Shown here in pieces: positions 37,424-47,039 of a DNA stretch of 64,000 nt (positions are counted from its first letter, which is position 1; each line of letters opens with the position of its first letter). The DNA lies in the NCBI GenBank assembly GCA_965223845.1, contig CBDCXR010000004.1, positions 7,456,001 to 7,520,000 of the forward strand, written 5' to 3'. This DNA is from Planctomycetota bacterium. GTDB taxonomy: Bacteria; Planctomycetota; UBA8108; SXIK01. Below the pieces are notes generated by a model. The model was not told the DNA's origin. It worked only from the letters and a program-made list of their open reading frames with translations, and ran no database searches. The position numbers and the translations under genes were made by a program.

Positions 37424-38176
37424 CTACCGAGTTTCCGTCGTCTCTGCCGTCTCCGGGGCGCCGTCTACGACGAACAATCCGTCGCGCATGTGGAGCTTCC
37501 GGTGGGCGAGGCCGGCGAGACTGAGGTCGTGCGTGACGAGCACGAACGCCGTCTTCGTCCGGTGATTGAGATCGAGCATCATCGCGTGGATCTTTTCGCC
37601 CGTCTCGGTGTCGAGATTGCCGGTCGGCTCGTCGCAAAACACGACGCGAGGCTCGTTCATGAGCGCGCGCGCGATCGCGGTGCGCTGTCGCTCGCCACCC
37701 GAGAGACGGCCGGGGGAGAACTCCCTGCGCTCGCTGAGTCCAACCATGTCGAGAAGTGAATCCGCTCGCTGCCGCAGCTCCTTCGCCATCCGCGAGTACC
37801 GCGCCGTTCGGTACTGAATCATCGCCGGAAGGAGCACGTTCTCTGCGACCGAGAGATCGGGCAGCAGATGGTAGGACTGAAACACGAAACCGAACTCGCG
37901 GTTCCGGATCTCTGCGCGCTGTCGGGCGCTCAAGCGCGCGAGATCGAGCGGCTTCTCCGTGTTTCGCGCGCAAAACGTCAGTGTGCCCGAGGTCGGCAGA
38001 TCGAGGAGGCCGAGCACGTTGAGGAGTGTGCTCTTTCCGACGCCGGACATACCGACGATCGATACGATCTCGCCTTCGTGAACATCGAGATCGACTCCCT
38101 TGAGGACGGGATAGGTCACGCGGTTCGCGTGATACTCCTTGTGGATCGAGCGCGCCGAGTAGATCGCCGTCTTCAT
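37424..38176 (-). CDS. lolD: Lipoprotein-releasing ABC transporter ATP-binding subunit
   Basis: GMSGVGKST, GFVFQSYHLL, LSGGERQR, DEPTGNLD, VTHD; adjacent to the permease. Confidence 0.85.
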   Translation of the reverse strand: MKTAIYSARSIHKEYHANRVTYPVLKGVDLDVHEGEIVSIVGMSGVGKSTLLNVLGLLDLPTSGTLTFCARNTEKPLDLARLSARQRAEIRNREFGFVFQSYHLLPDLSVAENVLLPAMIQYRTARYSRMAKELRQRADSLLDMVGLSERREFSPGRLSGGERQRTAIARALMNEPRVVFCDEPTGNLDTETGEKIHAMMLDLNHRTKTAFVLVTHDLSLAGLAHRKLHMRDGLFVVDGAPETAETTETR

Positions 38177-38246
38177 CGCGGGAGACTCTCGAATCGTCGG
38201 GCTGGGGGATGGAAGAGAAAGAGTGCGCGGGCGGATCGCTCGCGGC

Positions 38247-39824
38247 CTACTCGTGTTGAATCGTCTCGATCGGATTCCGCCGAGACGCCCACACCGCTGG
38301 GATCAGACTCGCGGCCACTCCCAGCACCAACGCCGGTGCAGCGCTCAGAAGGACGTCCTCCCAGCGGAACGCGATCGGAATCCGATCGAGATCGTACACT
38401 TCCGGCGGGAAGAGCTGGACGCCGAACGTCGCATCGATCCAGTCGTGAATCGGGTTGATGTTTTCGCAGAAGAGGTAGCCGAGGAAGAGTCCGCTGATCG
38501 TGCCGGCGAATGTGAGTGTCACGCCGTTGATGAGAAAAATCCCGACGATTCCCCGCGGAGTCGCGCCGAGAGCGAGGAGGATTCCGATGTCGCGCGTCTT
38601 CTCGATCACGGTGAGCACCAGCATGAGGAGAATCATGCACGCCGTGAACGCGACGAGAAAGATCAGTAGAAAGTAGATCACGTACTTCTCGCGCTCGACG
38701 GCGTTGATCTTGTTCGGATTGTGGTCCTCCCAGGACTCGACCCGAAGGCGTGCGTTCGACGCGTCCGCCCGCGCGTACTCGATCAGCCGGCGCTGGAGCT
38801 CCGCTCGCGTCTCGGGGAGCTGGTCGAGGTCTGCCACCGCGAGGCGCATACCCTGGTAGCGACTCGAGCCGATCTCGAGGTCGTAGAGGTTGAGCTTGTT
38901 CCGGACGATGTCGACGTTCGTGTAGAGGAGGCTGCTGTCGTATTCGAACGTCCCGGTCTTGAACGCTCCGACGACGACGAGCGGGATGCTCACGGCTTGC
39001 GACGTCGCGGGATCGAGCGTCACTACGGTGAGGACTTGCCCGAGAAACATCTCCCGGTCGACGAGGAAATGAAGACCGACGAGGACGCCGTGAGGCGGTG
39101 CGCTCCTACGATACTCCTCGGCGACTTCGGGGTTGTGCCGCGCGAGGGTGCCCCGGCGTGACTCGACGTGAAAGAAGGCGGCGAACTCCTCGGACGAAAT
39201 CGGTGCGCGCTCGCCGTCCGAGAGGATCTTGTCTGCGATTTGGATCGCCGTCGCGCGATCCTTCCGGACGTCCTCGATCGTTCGCTCGTCGTCGCGCTCC
39301 TCGTCGATCCCGAGGGCACCCAGAACGGAATCGAGCTCACTCGCCCGAAGCGTCGATTTTCCCATGTCGGTCACATCCACGTGCCGGTCGACGTCGACTC
39401 CGCGGAGCTGGCACGGGTTGAAGCCGCCGCTTCGATACATCGCCAGCGTTTCGATGAACGCAGCGGCGGCGGTGACATTCGGGACGCTCGCGACGATGTC
39501 GTCGACTTCGGAGATCCGCGTCAGGGCGTAGGGACGCTCGGAGAGGACGAGCAGGTGCGCTTCCTGACCGCGGAGAGTCTCGCGGAAGCGTTCGACGTAG
39601 CCGCCCATGATGCTGAGGACGACGAGGATGATCGCGACGCCGAAATTGATCGCGAGGAACGCGCCGAAGGCTGAGAGTCGTGTGATGAGGTAGCGGCAGC
39701 TCAGCTTCGCCTGGTAGCGCCGTGCGAGCAGCCCGACCGCCGCGAGGCCCGCGAGCATCAGGGCGGCGACGATGCTCACGACGGCCGCGGGTGAGAGCGA
39801 GGCCCAGAGAGCCGTTCCGGTCAT
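38247..39824 (-). CDS. LolC/E (FtsX/MacB family) permease
   Basis: GVAIILVVLSIMGG, ESW, EK, VIEKTRDIGILLALGA, VYDLDRIP, SLIPA.WASR.NP; periplasmic insertion. Confidence 0.88.
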   Translation of the reverse strand: MTGTALWASLSPAAVVSIVAALMLAGLAAVGLLARRYQAKLSCRYLITRLSAFGAFLAINFGVAIILVVLSIMGGYVERFRETLRGQEAHLLVLSERPYALTRISEVDDIVASVPNVTAAAAFIETLAMYRSGGFNPCQLRGVDVDRHVDVTDMGKSTLRASELDSVLGALGIDEERDDERTIEDVRKDRATAIQIADKILSDGERAPISSEEFAAFFHVESRRGTLARHNPEVAEEYRRSAPPHGVLVGLHFLVDREMFLGQVLTVVTLDPATSQAVSIPLVVVGAFKTGTFEYDSSLLYTNVDIVRNKLNLYDLEIGSSRYQGMRLAVADLDQLPETRAELQRRLIEYARADASNARLRVESWEDHNPNKINAVEREKYVIYFLLIFLVAFTACMILLMLVLTVIEKTRDIGILLALGATPRGIVGIFLINGVTLTFAGTISGLFLGYLFCENINPIHDWIDATFGVQLFPPEVYDLDRIPIAFRWEDVLLSAAPALVLGVAASLIPAVWASRRNPIETIQHE

Positions 39825-40173
39825 TCCGTTCCGTTCGAGTCGGCTGCGATCATTCGTTTCCGGGCTGCCGGACCAGCGCGCGCCCGCCCGGCAGTCATCC
39901 GCGGCCCTCGGGCGCGCGTCGCCGGCCCAAACGACGCGGGATTCTACCCCGGAGTTCTCACGAGATTCTACTCCGCCCGGCGCGCTGGGTCGCGGACGGG
40001 AGTTCGGTGCACGACTCGCACACACCGATCTACGCGGCTACCGGCGGGGCCGTCCGCGACGATCCTTCCTCCGAGGGATTCCGGGATCCTCGAACGCCAA
40101 GGGGAAGTCGAGTTTCCGCGTTCGCGCCGCCGAGGCGTGGTCAAACTCGAGGCTAGGGTACAATGCTGTCGTC

Positions 40174-40692
40174 ATGGACGAGCGCCTACGCCCATTTGAA
40201 CGACTGACGCGGCCCGGTCAGTTCCGCCGCGTATTTCGCCGGGGCCGCACGTACCGATCGCCACGGCTTCGCATCCACTTCATGCCTTCGACGGGGGCGG
40301 AATCGCGTCTCGGACTCGTCGTGAAGAAGAAGCTCGGGAAGTCGGTCGTCCGGAACGCGATCAAGCGGAGTCTCCGCGAGGTCTTTCGGCGGCGGAAGAG
40401 AGACCTCGGCATGCCGTACGACGTCGTCCTCGTCCCCGAAAGCGAGCCGGCGACGTACGCGGAGTACGCGAGCGCGTTCGAGAGCTTCGCGCGCCACGTC
40501 GTCTCGCGCGGGCGCTGGAGCAAGCCGGCTCGGCGCGGGCCGAAGCGCCGAGACGCGCGTGATTCGCGGCCGCGTGAAGGGCGCTCGCCGCGTGCCGGTG
40601 GAAGAGGCGACCGGAGCGGCGGACGCCGGCGCGCCGGCGACGCTGCGACGGCGGAGGCCTCGGTGCCGGCCGGTGGCGAGCGCGGTGATTGA
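40174..40692 (+). CDS. rnpA: Ribonuclease P protein component with basic C-terminal extension
   Basis: ERL....[41 protein letters not shown]. Confidence 0.88.
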   Translation: MDERLRPFERLTRPGQFRRVFRRGRTYRSPRLRIHFMPSTGAESRLGLVVKKKLGKSVVRNAIKRSLREVFRRRKRDLGMPYDVVLVPESEPATYAEYASAFESFARHVVSRGRWSKPARRGPKRRDARDSRPREGRSPRAGGRGDRSGGRRRAGDAATAEASVPAGGERGD

Positions 40693-40969
40693 TTCCGTGC
40701 GCTCGACGAAGCCGGTCAGAGGAACCGCGTCGGGGCCGAGTCGGCCGCGACCGGGTGTTGCGAGCCGCAGCCTGATCGCAGCGCTGCGCGCCTACAAGTC
40801 GTTTCTCTCGCCCTTCCTCCCACCTCTCTGCCGCTTTCACCCGACTTGCTCGTGCTACTTTCGTCAGGCGGTCGAACGGCACGGCGCCGTGCGAGGGTCG
40901 TGGCTCGGAGTGAAGCGGCTGTGTCGGTGCCACCCGTTCGGTCGGGGCGGATACGATCCCGTTCCTTGA
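40685..40969 (+). CDS. yidD: Membrane protein insertion efficiency factor
   Basis: Y...[39 protein letters not shown]. Confidence 0.93.
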   Translation: MIDSVRSTKPVRGTASGPSRPRPGVASRSLIAALRAYKSFLSPFLPPLCRFHPTCSCYFRQAVERHGAVRGSWLGVKRLCRCHPFGRGGYDPVP

Positions 40970-40970
40970 G

Positions 40971-42818
40971 TCAGCCCGAGACTCGCAGCTCGTCCCGCGA
41001 TTCCTCCGGTGCCGACTCTTCCGTCGCAGCTTTGTCGAGTGCGTCGCGCGCGGTTTCCCAAGCGCGGCGCGGGAAGGAAGCTGCGAGCGCCGCGCCGAGC
41101 GACTCGCTGAACACCGCGCGGGCGGACGCTTCGACCGCCTCGGCCCGGGCGGCGACGAACTGCTTTCGACCGGGCACGCGCGAGGAGATCACGAGAGCGA
41201 GGACGTAGCTTCCGAGGAAGTAGCCGGCGGCGAAGTAGACCCACTTGAGGATGCTGAAGAGTCCCGCGAAGAGTCCCGTCGCTGGAGGAAGCACCCACGC
41301 GAGCCCGATTCCCGCGCCTAGTTTTGCGGTGAGACCTCCCCAGCGGAGAAGACCCGCGCGGCCCGGCCGGCGAGCGAGCTCCTCGTCGAGGCGCTCGAGG
41401 ATGCGTTCGCCCGTCCCCGGAGTCTCCTCGAGCCGTCGCAGGTACTCCGCGCGAAACGCGTCGCCGAGGCTTGCGCTCGCCTCGGGAGTGTAGAGTGTCG
41501 CAAGCGTGAGCGCCGCGACGGGCGAGCCGTCGCCCGCTTGCCCGGCGAGGGTGCGCAGCTCCGCACGTCGCTGGTCGAGGAGCCGCAGCGCGTAGTCCGC
41601 GTCCCCGGTTCGCCGGAGTGCGGCGTACTGTCGGGTGTCCTGAAACTCCTCGTCGACCGAACCCTCGTATTTTCCGACGAGGCGAAGCAGCGACCTCCGA
41701 AACACCTCGTTCACGGCGCGAACCGACCGGCCGATCAGCGCGAGCGCGCGGTGGCTCTTCTCGACACGCTCGCTCCGGCGGAAGAGTGAGCTCAGCTCGG
41801 CGCGGGCGAGCAGAGCGCGCAGCGCGCGAGTCTCCTCGGGAAACGCGAGGTCCGCGCCCTTGCGGTATTCCTCCGCCACGTCGCGCACAATGCGATCGGC
41901 CGTGTCGCGGAAGCGGCGAGCGAGCGCGAACTCGTGGTCGTACTCGGCGAGGATCGCCCTCGCCGCGTCGCCCGCGGTCCGGCTCGTCTCCGCGAGCATC
42001 CGCTCTTTGATCGTCCGCGGGTCGAGTGAGCCGAGCGCGGGCAGCAGCTGCGCGCGCAACTCTTCTCCGAGCTCTTCCTCGGGGTGGCGCGCAGTCGAGG
42101 GCGGAAGACGGATGCACGTTCCGAGCGACAACTCGGGCGCGAGGCTCGCGCGGAGATCCTCGACGAGCGTATCGAACACGATCGCTTCTGAAACGAGATT
42201 GAAGACGACGATGACCGACTCCTTCTGGCGGATGAGCCGGGTCAGTTGCTCGTAGAGAACTCGATCTTTGTACTTCTGCGCCGTGACGACGAACACCGTC
42301 ACGTCAGCGAGAGCGCTGATGCGTGCCGACGCGCGCGAGTTCGATTCGGAGATGGAATCGCAGTCGGGAGAATCGATGAGGCCGACGTGGGCGAGGCGGT
42401 CGTCGTGGTGAAAACGGCAGAACAGGAGATCCTGGCGGTCCCGATCGGCGGAGAGCTCTTTCGGATCGCGGACCTCGCGACATTCGATTCCGCCGAAGGG
42501 ACCGTGCGGAAGCAGCGTCTCTCGCCACTTCTCGTGCACGAAGAGAAGCGGGTGGATCGTCGCGCCCGCGACGACGCTCGTCGGGGCGAGGAGCTGACTC
42601 GCGAGCGCGTTGAAGACCGTCGATTTCCCGACGTTCGTTCCGCCCTGGACGCCGACGAAGAGAGGTAGATCGGGGACCCGCAGCTCCGGCTCGATCTTGC
42701 TCTCGAGTAGGACGATGAGCTCACGGCGGGCCTCTTCGCCGCGGGGAAGCGCAGGGAGGCGTCGCAGCGAATCCGCGAGCGAGGCGACTCGTTCAGGCGT
42801 GAACTCGAATGCGGCCAT
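40971..42818 (-). CDS. Dynamin-like / TRAFAC GTPase with helical stalk and C-terminal hydrophobic hairpin
   Basis: G1 GGTNVGKS, G3 DSPDCD, VTAQKYKD, FN; two TM-like segments near the C-terminus. Confidence 0.8.
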   Translation of the reverse strand: MAAFEFTPERVASLADSLRRLPALPRGEEARRELIVLLESKIEPELRVPDLPLFVGVQGGTNVGKSTVFNALASQLLAPTSVVAGATIHPLLFVHEKWRETLLPHGPFGGIECREVRDPKELSADRDRQDLLFCRFHHDDRLAHVGLIDSPDCDSISESNSRASARISALADVTVFVVTAQKYKDRVLYEQLTRLIRQKESVIVVFNLVSEAIVFDTLVEDLRASLAPELSLGTCIRLPPSTARHPEEELGEELRAQLLPALGSLDPRTIKERMLAETSRTAGDAARAILAEYDHEFALARRFRDTADRIVRDVAEEYRKGADLAFPEETRALRALLARAELSSLFRRSERVEKSHRALALIGRSVRAVNEVFRRSLLRLVGKYEGSVDEEFQDTRQYAALRRTGDADYALRLLDQRRAELRTLAGQAGDGSPVAALTLATLYTPEASASLGDAFRAEYLRRLEETPGTGERILERLDEELARRPGRAGLLRWGGLTAKLGAGIGLAWVLPPATGLFAGLFSILKWVYFAAGYFLGSYVLALVISSRVPGRKQFVAARAEAVEASARAVFSESLGAALAASFPRRAWETARDALDKAATEESAPEESRDELRVSG

Positions 42819-42935
42819 GCCTCAGCGGTGCGACCGGCCCGAGATTCGACGATTTCGTGGCGACTGGAGTTTCGACATTCCTGAAAGAAGATCCGGGGCG
42901 TGAAGAGTGTCGACGGCCGGCCCGGTGGGTTCGCG

Positions 42936-43106
42936 TCAAGACTCCTTCAACTTCTCGATCTCGGCCTCAGCGGCCGCGATTTCCGTTTCGATTCGGTTCA
43001 CTTCGGCGGCGTCGTCGAGTTGCGACTTCGCGCCCTTGAGCTGCTGGCGAAGCAGATTGAGTTTCTGGCGCAGGACCTGCACTCGCTTCTTGGCTTTTTT
43101 GTCCAC
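42936..43106 (-). CDS. Small coiled-coil protein, 56 aa (not in the ORF track)
   Basis: GTG..TGA: MDKKAKKRVQVLRQKLNLLRQQLKGAKSQLDDAAEVNRIETEIAAAEAEIEKLKES; clean heptad pattern and host-like codon usage. Confidence 0.8.
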   Translation of the reverse strand: MDKKAKKRVQVLRQKLNLLRQQLKGAKSQLDDAAEVNRIETEIAAAEAEIEKLKES

Positions 43107-43469
43107 TTGGTGTTTCCGTCGGGTGGGAGCCGTGGCGACGAGACTTGCTCGCCGAACCGCCCGGCGTGCGACGGCGCGACGCGCCGGGTCGCCGACCCTC
43201 GTCGGGCCGGGCTGTGCTTCATTCTATCGGCGGCGCGCCGGCAGGGCCTCGACCCGACGGTCGATCGGGTCCGTGGTTCGCGGAGTGTGCGCGTGCAAAA
43301 AGGCTCAAGCCCGACGCGCTGGCGTACGAAGAGAACAACGAACGGCGCGCCGGCTTTTCGGCCCTTTCTCCCGCGGCGGGTCGGGTCGGCGATGCACCGG
43401 AAGGGTGGGGCGCTCAGCGAGCACCGTTCGCTGAGTCGAGACCGCGGGCGATCATCGCCGGGAGACGCG

Positions 43470-43715
43470 TTGGCTGCGCCGAAGAAGCTCTACAAGATCG
43501 GAGAGGTCATGCGCTACTCGGGCCTCTCCCGTCAGACGGTCCACAACTACACCATGCTCGGCCTCATCACCGAGGAGGAGCGGACTCCGTCGGGGCATCG
43601 GCTCTACGGCGAGGACGTCTTCGAGCGTCTCGAGCGAGTGAAAGAGCTCCGCAAGGACCACCGCCTGAAAGACATCATCGCCCTCTTCAAGGCGGAAGAG
43701 CTCGCCGGTCCCTGA
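43470..43715 (+). CDS. Stand-alone MerR-family HTH regulator
   Basis: KLYKIGEV.RYSGLSRQTVHNY..LGLI...RTPSGHRLY; TTG start after GGAGA (alternative ATG at 43392). Confidence 0.88.
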   Translation: MAAPKKLYKIGEVMRYSGLSRQTVHNYTMLGLITEEERTPSGHRLYGEDVFERLERVKELRKDHRLKDIIALFKAEELAGP

Positions 43716-43891
43716 GACCCGTCGACAGGCCCGCGACGCGGCGGCGGGCTCGCCGCGCCGGACACCGTTCCGGGTCCGCTGCGACCGGGCGTAGGTTTTT
43801 CGGACGGCGATGCGCCTGCGAGGCCGTCCAACGACCTAATCTCAGTTCGCAAAGGGGTTTAGCGTGTTCCGTAAAAGTTCGCTCTATTTCG

Positions 43892-43920
43892 TTTACATTT
43901 TGTAAAACAGAGAATAGAAT
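43892..43920 (+). promoter_or_regulatory. Sigma-70-type promoter of the fli operon with overlapping palindrome
   Basis: TTTACA-N17-TAGAAT in an AT-rich patch; TTTACA-TTT-TGTAAA inverted repeat at 43892-43906. Confidence 0.65.
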
Positions 43921-44140
43921 TCTCGAGCTTTGCCAGCGACCCTCGGTCGAATCGTCCGCGCCCCGCGCCGGACGGGACGGCCACGACGCCCCTTAGACGG
44001 GCGGTGAACGCCGACGCGGAGGAGTCGCGACCCCGAGGTCGCGATGCGCCGGCCGACGCCGCTCGAAACGAAGAAGTGGAAGAGAGATCCGGCCGCGCGG
44101 CGAAGGGTTTCGAGGTCACCTCGAAGCCGGAAGAGGAAAT

Positions 44141-44214
44141 GGGTTCAGGAACATGGACGAGGAGGGGAGGGCTCCCTCTGCGGGGAGCCGGGTCTGTGTT
44201 CCTACCCTTTTTTT
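44141..44214 (+). terminator. Hairpin plus T7 tract in the fli operon leader (attenuator-like)
   Basis: AGGAACATGGAC pairs with GTCTGTGTTCCT and encloses GGCTCCC/GGGAGCC; followed by TTTTTTT. Confidence 0.45.
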
Positions 44215-44244
44215 CCGTGGGCCCGGGAGGTGAAGGGGAGAGCG

Positions 44245-45816
44245 TTGAATGGCCCAGTCGGAAACGTCAGTCTGAGAGGATGGCTGAGCGCTGCGCAGAG
44301 TCTTCTCGATCGCCTCTCCGCCACTCAGAAGATCGTTGTCGTCGTCGTCGCCGTGGCGGCAACCGTGGGGATGGCGTTCGTCGCGATCCGCGGGCGTCAA
44401 CCGGAGTACACGCGACTCGAGCTTGAGTCGGCCGCCGCGCGCTCGACGCTGACGGCGAAGCTCGACGAGAACGGGATCGCTTGGCGACCCGTCCCGAATG
44501 CCGAAACGCGACCCGCGATCGAGGTCCGCGCCGGCGAAGTCGCCAAGGCTCGCCGGTGGATCGAAGCGGCGTCGAGTTCCGAGGAGTCGGACGACGCGCT
44601 GTGGTCGGAATCACCGAGCTGGCTCGGCTTCGGTCCGCGACCCGGCGAGCTCGTCCTCCAAGCGAAGCTTCGTCGATTGCGCAACACGATCTGCTGGAAT
44701 CCGCGGATCGCCGAGGCGAGCGTCGAACACGAAGACTCCGACGACCGCGCGTTCGTCCGCGGGGAGAGTAGCGGGAGCGCGTCCGTCGTTCTCAAACTGA
44801 GTCCCGGTGTCGAGCGGCTGACCGTGCGCGAGGCGCAGGCCGTCCGGACGATCGTGAGCTCGGCGTTCGGCTTCCGGCCCGACAAGGTTCACGTCGTCGA
44901 CCACAAGATGCATCGCTACGACCTCGACGACGCCGAGACGGCGGCCGCCGAAGCTCGCTCGGAAGCGCTGCGCGCAGAAGTCGAGGAGCTCCTTCAGGAG
45001 CGATTCGACGACGCCGAGTTCCGCGTCTCGGTAAGCACGGTGCTTCGGGATACGGAGGCGAGAGTCGAAGCCGGCGCCGCGCCGCGCGCGAGTGGCGGTC
45101 TTCTCGGCGCACCGCAGTTGATCGCCCTCGCGAGGCCGGCTCCTGCGGTCGCACGGACCCGCGTCGCCGCACCGCGCCCCTCGTCGGCGTCCGCGGAGGC
45201 TGCGCGAACGAGATTCGTTCGGATCCGCGTCGATCGTTCGGCCGCTCTTCGCGTAGCGCGCGGGCGGGGCGAACTCGCCGGCAGCGTCGACACTGCGCTC
45301 CGCCGCTTCGAGGCGGGAGAGGCCGCGCGCATTCGCGATCGATTGATCGACCGATCGTCGCTCCATCTCTCCGTCACCGTCTTCGATTTCGGGTCCGTCG
45401 CGCGGCCCACGCCTTCCCGCGCGGTGTCCGAGCCGGCGACCGCGCCTCCCGCCGTCGCGTCGAATCCACCACCCGAGGAGGAGAGGATCTCCCTCGTCGA
45501 GCTTCTCAATCGCGAGCGTCGATGGCTCGGCCGGGCGAGCGTCGCGCTCGGTGTCGCGGTCGTCGTCGGCCTCGGCTATTGGCTGATTCGTCGTCGCCGC
45601 TCTGGTTCCGCGAGATCCGATCGCGACGAGCGCGGTCTCCCGCCGGCGCGGCCGAAGCGGATCGAAGAGCGCGCCGGCGACCGCGCGACTCCCGACGCAA
45701 TCGCATCGATCGACACGATGAGTGGGTGGGTCACGGAACGGCCGCAGTCGGCAGCGAACGTGCTCCGGGCATGGCTCGGATCCGATTCGGGACGCGAGGC
45801 AGGGGGCGAGCGATGA
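44245..45816 (+). CDS. fliF: Divergent MS-ring protein FliF-like
   Basis: TM1, KLDENGI.W, ASVVL, IVSSA.G..P.KV.VVD, RVSV, TM2, C-terminal P..AANVLRAWL; first gene of the fli operon; TTG start after GAAGGGGAG (ORF open from 44044). Confidence 0.75.
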   Translation: MNGPVGNVSLRGWLSAAQSLLDRLSATQKIVVVVVAVAATVGMAFVAIRGRQPEYTRLELESAAARSTLTAKLDENGIAWRPVPNAETRPAIEVRAGEVAKARRWIEAASSSEESDDALWSESPSWLGFGPRPGELVLQAKLRRLRNTICWNPRIAEASVEHEDSDDRAFVRGESSGSASVVLKLSPGVERLTVREAQAVRTIVSSAFGFRPDKVHVVDHKMHRYDLDDAETAAAEARSEALRAEVEELLQERFDDAEFRVSVSTVLRDTEARVEAGAAPRASGGLLGAPQLIALARPAPAVARTRVAAPRPSSASAEAARTRFVRIRVDRSAALRVARGRGELAGSVDTALRRFEAGEAARIRDRLIDRSSLHLSVTVFDFGSVARPTPSRAVSEPATAPPAVASNPPPEEERISLVELLNRERRWLGRASVALGVAVVVGLGYWLIRRRRSGSARSDRDERGLPPARPKRIEERAGDRATPDAIASIDTMSGWVTERPQSAANVLRAWLGSDSGREAGGER

Positions 45817-47039
45817 CCCGCGACGAGCTGCCATCCGTCTCGACTCGGGGCGCGGTCGGCGAGATCGAGGACGAAGCCGACGACGGGCACTCGCAGGCGT
45901 TCGGTCCCGCGGAGGAGTCCGAGTCGACGCTCGATGCGGGGGAGGGGGAAGCGCCGCTCGATCGAGACCTCGGCCTCGATCTCGCCAAAGGCGGTGGGGA
46001 CGGCGCCGACGGCTCTCCACTCGGCGGTCTCGAGGAGCTCGCCGACGACGAACGCGAGGTGGCCGGCGCGACGGATCGTCTCAGCGGGCTCGCGAAGGCC
46101 GCGGTGTTCATCCTCTCGCTCGACGAATCGGCCGCGTCGAACGTCCTTCGGTGCCTCTCCGACGAGGAGCTGAGTCGCGTCGCGGCCGAGATTGCCCACC
46201 TCGGCGTCGTCGACAAGGACACGGTCGAGGCCGTCCGCAGCGAGTTTCAAACGCTCGAGGTCGCGACGGGCGTCGTTCGCGAGGGGGGCGTCGAATCAGC
46301 GTCGCGCCTTCTCAGCCGATCGCTCCCTTCGTCCCGCGCTCGCCGGATGGTGCAGCTACTCGAAGCCGGTGGGACCCAGCGCCGCTTCGGTTTTCTCTCT
46401 CGCGTTCCGGTGTCGGGTCTCGTCGCGTACCTCCAGCGGGAGCGACCGCAGACGATCGCCGTCATTCTCGCCCACATGAGCCCCGCGACGGCGGCGGAGG
46501 TCATCGAGAGACTTCCCAATCACGTTCGCCGCAAGGTTCTTCCGTCGATCGCGAAGCTCCGTCGTGTGAACGACGAGGCGCTGCGCACGATCGAGTCGGC
46601 GCTTCGGCGTCAGTTCGAAGTCGCGCGCTGTGTGAAGCTGGGCGACGGGACGAAGACCGTCGCGGAACTCTTTCGCTCCGCCGGTCGCGAGCGCGCGGAG
46701 AAGTACTACGACGATCTGGAAGCCGCCTCCGGTGAGACGGCCGTGGCCGTACGCGACCACTTGTTCGATTTCCGCGATCTCATCCATCTCGAAGATCGAT
46801 TCCTGCGGCGCTCGCTCCGAACCGTCGATCGCCGCGAGCTCGCCGTCGCGCTCACGAACGTCGACTCGCGCGCGGAAGCCAAGGTCTTTCGCGCGCTGTC
46901 GCGCCGACGTGGAGCCGCCCTTCGGCGGGAGCGTCAGGCTCTCGGTCCGGTCCGTCTTTCCGACGTCGAGGTGGCGCAGCGAGCGGTCGCCGCGCGCATC
47001 GCCGAGTTTCGCCGCGGTCGCGAGGAGAAAGGCGCGTGA
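45813..47039 (+). CDS. fliG: C-ring protein FliG (divergent)
   Basis: LSGLAKAAVFILSL, GG, ERPQTIAVILAH, LFDF.DL, LGPVRLSDVEVAQ. Confidence 0.9.
   Translation: MTRDELPSVSTRGAVGEIEDEADDGHSQAFGPAEESESTLDAGEGEAPLDRDLGLDLAKGGGDGADGSPLGGLEELADDEREVAGATDRLSGLAKAAVFILSLDESAASNVLRCLSDEELSRVAAEIAHLGVVDKDTVEAVRSEFQTLEVATGVVREGGVESASRLLSRSLPSSRARRMVQLLEAGGTQRRFGFLSRVPVSGLVAYLQRERPQTIAVILAHMSPATAAEVIERLPNHVRRKVLPSIAKLRRVNDEALRTIESALRRQFEVARCVKLGDGTKTVAELFRSAGRERAEKYYDDLEAASGETAVAVRDHLFDFRDLIHLEDRFLRRSLRTVDRRELAVALTNVDSRAEAKVFRALSRRRGAALRRERQALGPVRLSDVEVAQRAVAARIAEFRRGREEKGA

Noticed and set aside
39937-39975. Direct repeat CG(G/A)GATTCTAC(C/T)CCG at 24-bp spacing
   Set aside because: Only two copies; most simply a small duplication containing minus-strand TAGAAT -10 boxes for lolC, and function cannot be supported.
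39830-40173. rpmH upstream of rnpA
   Set aside because: No L34-like MKRT.. ORF found.
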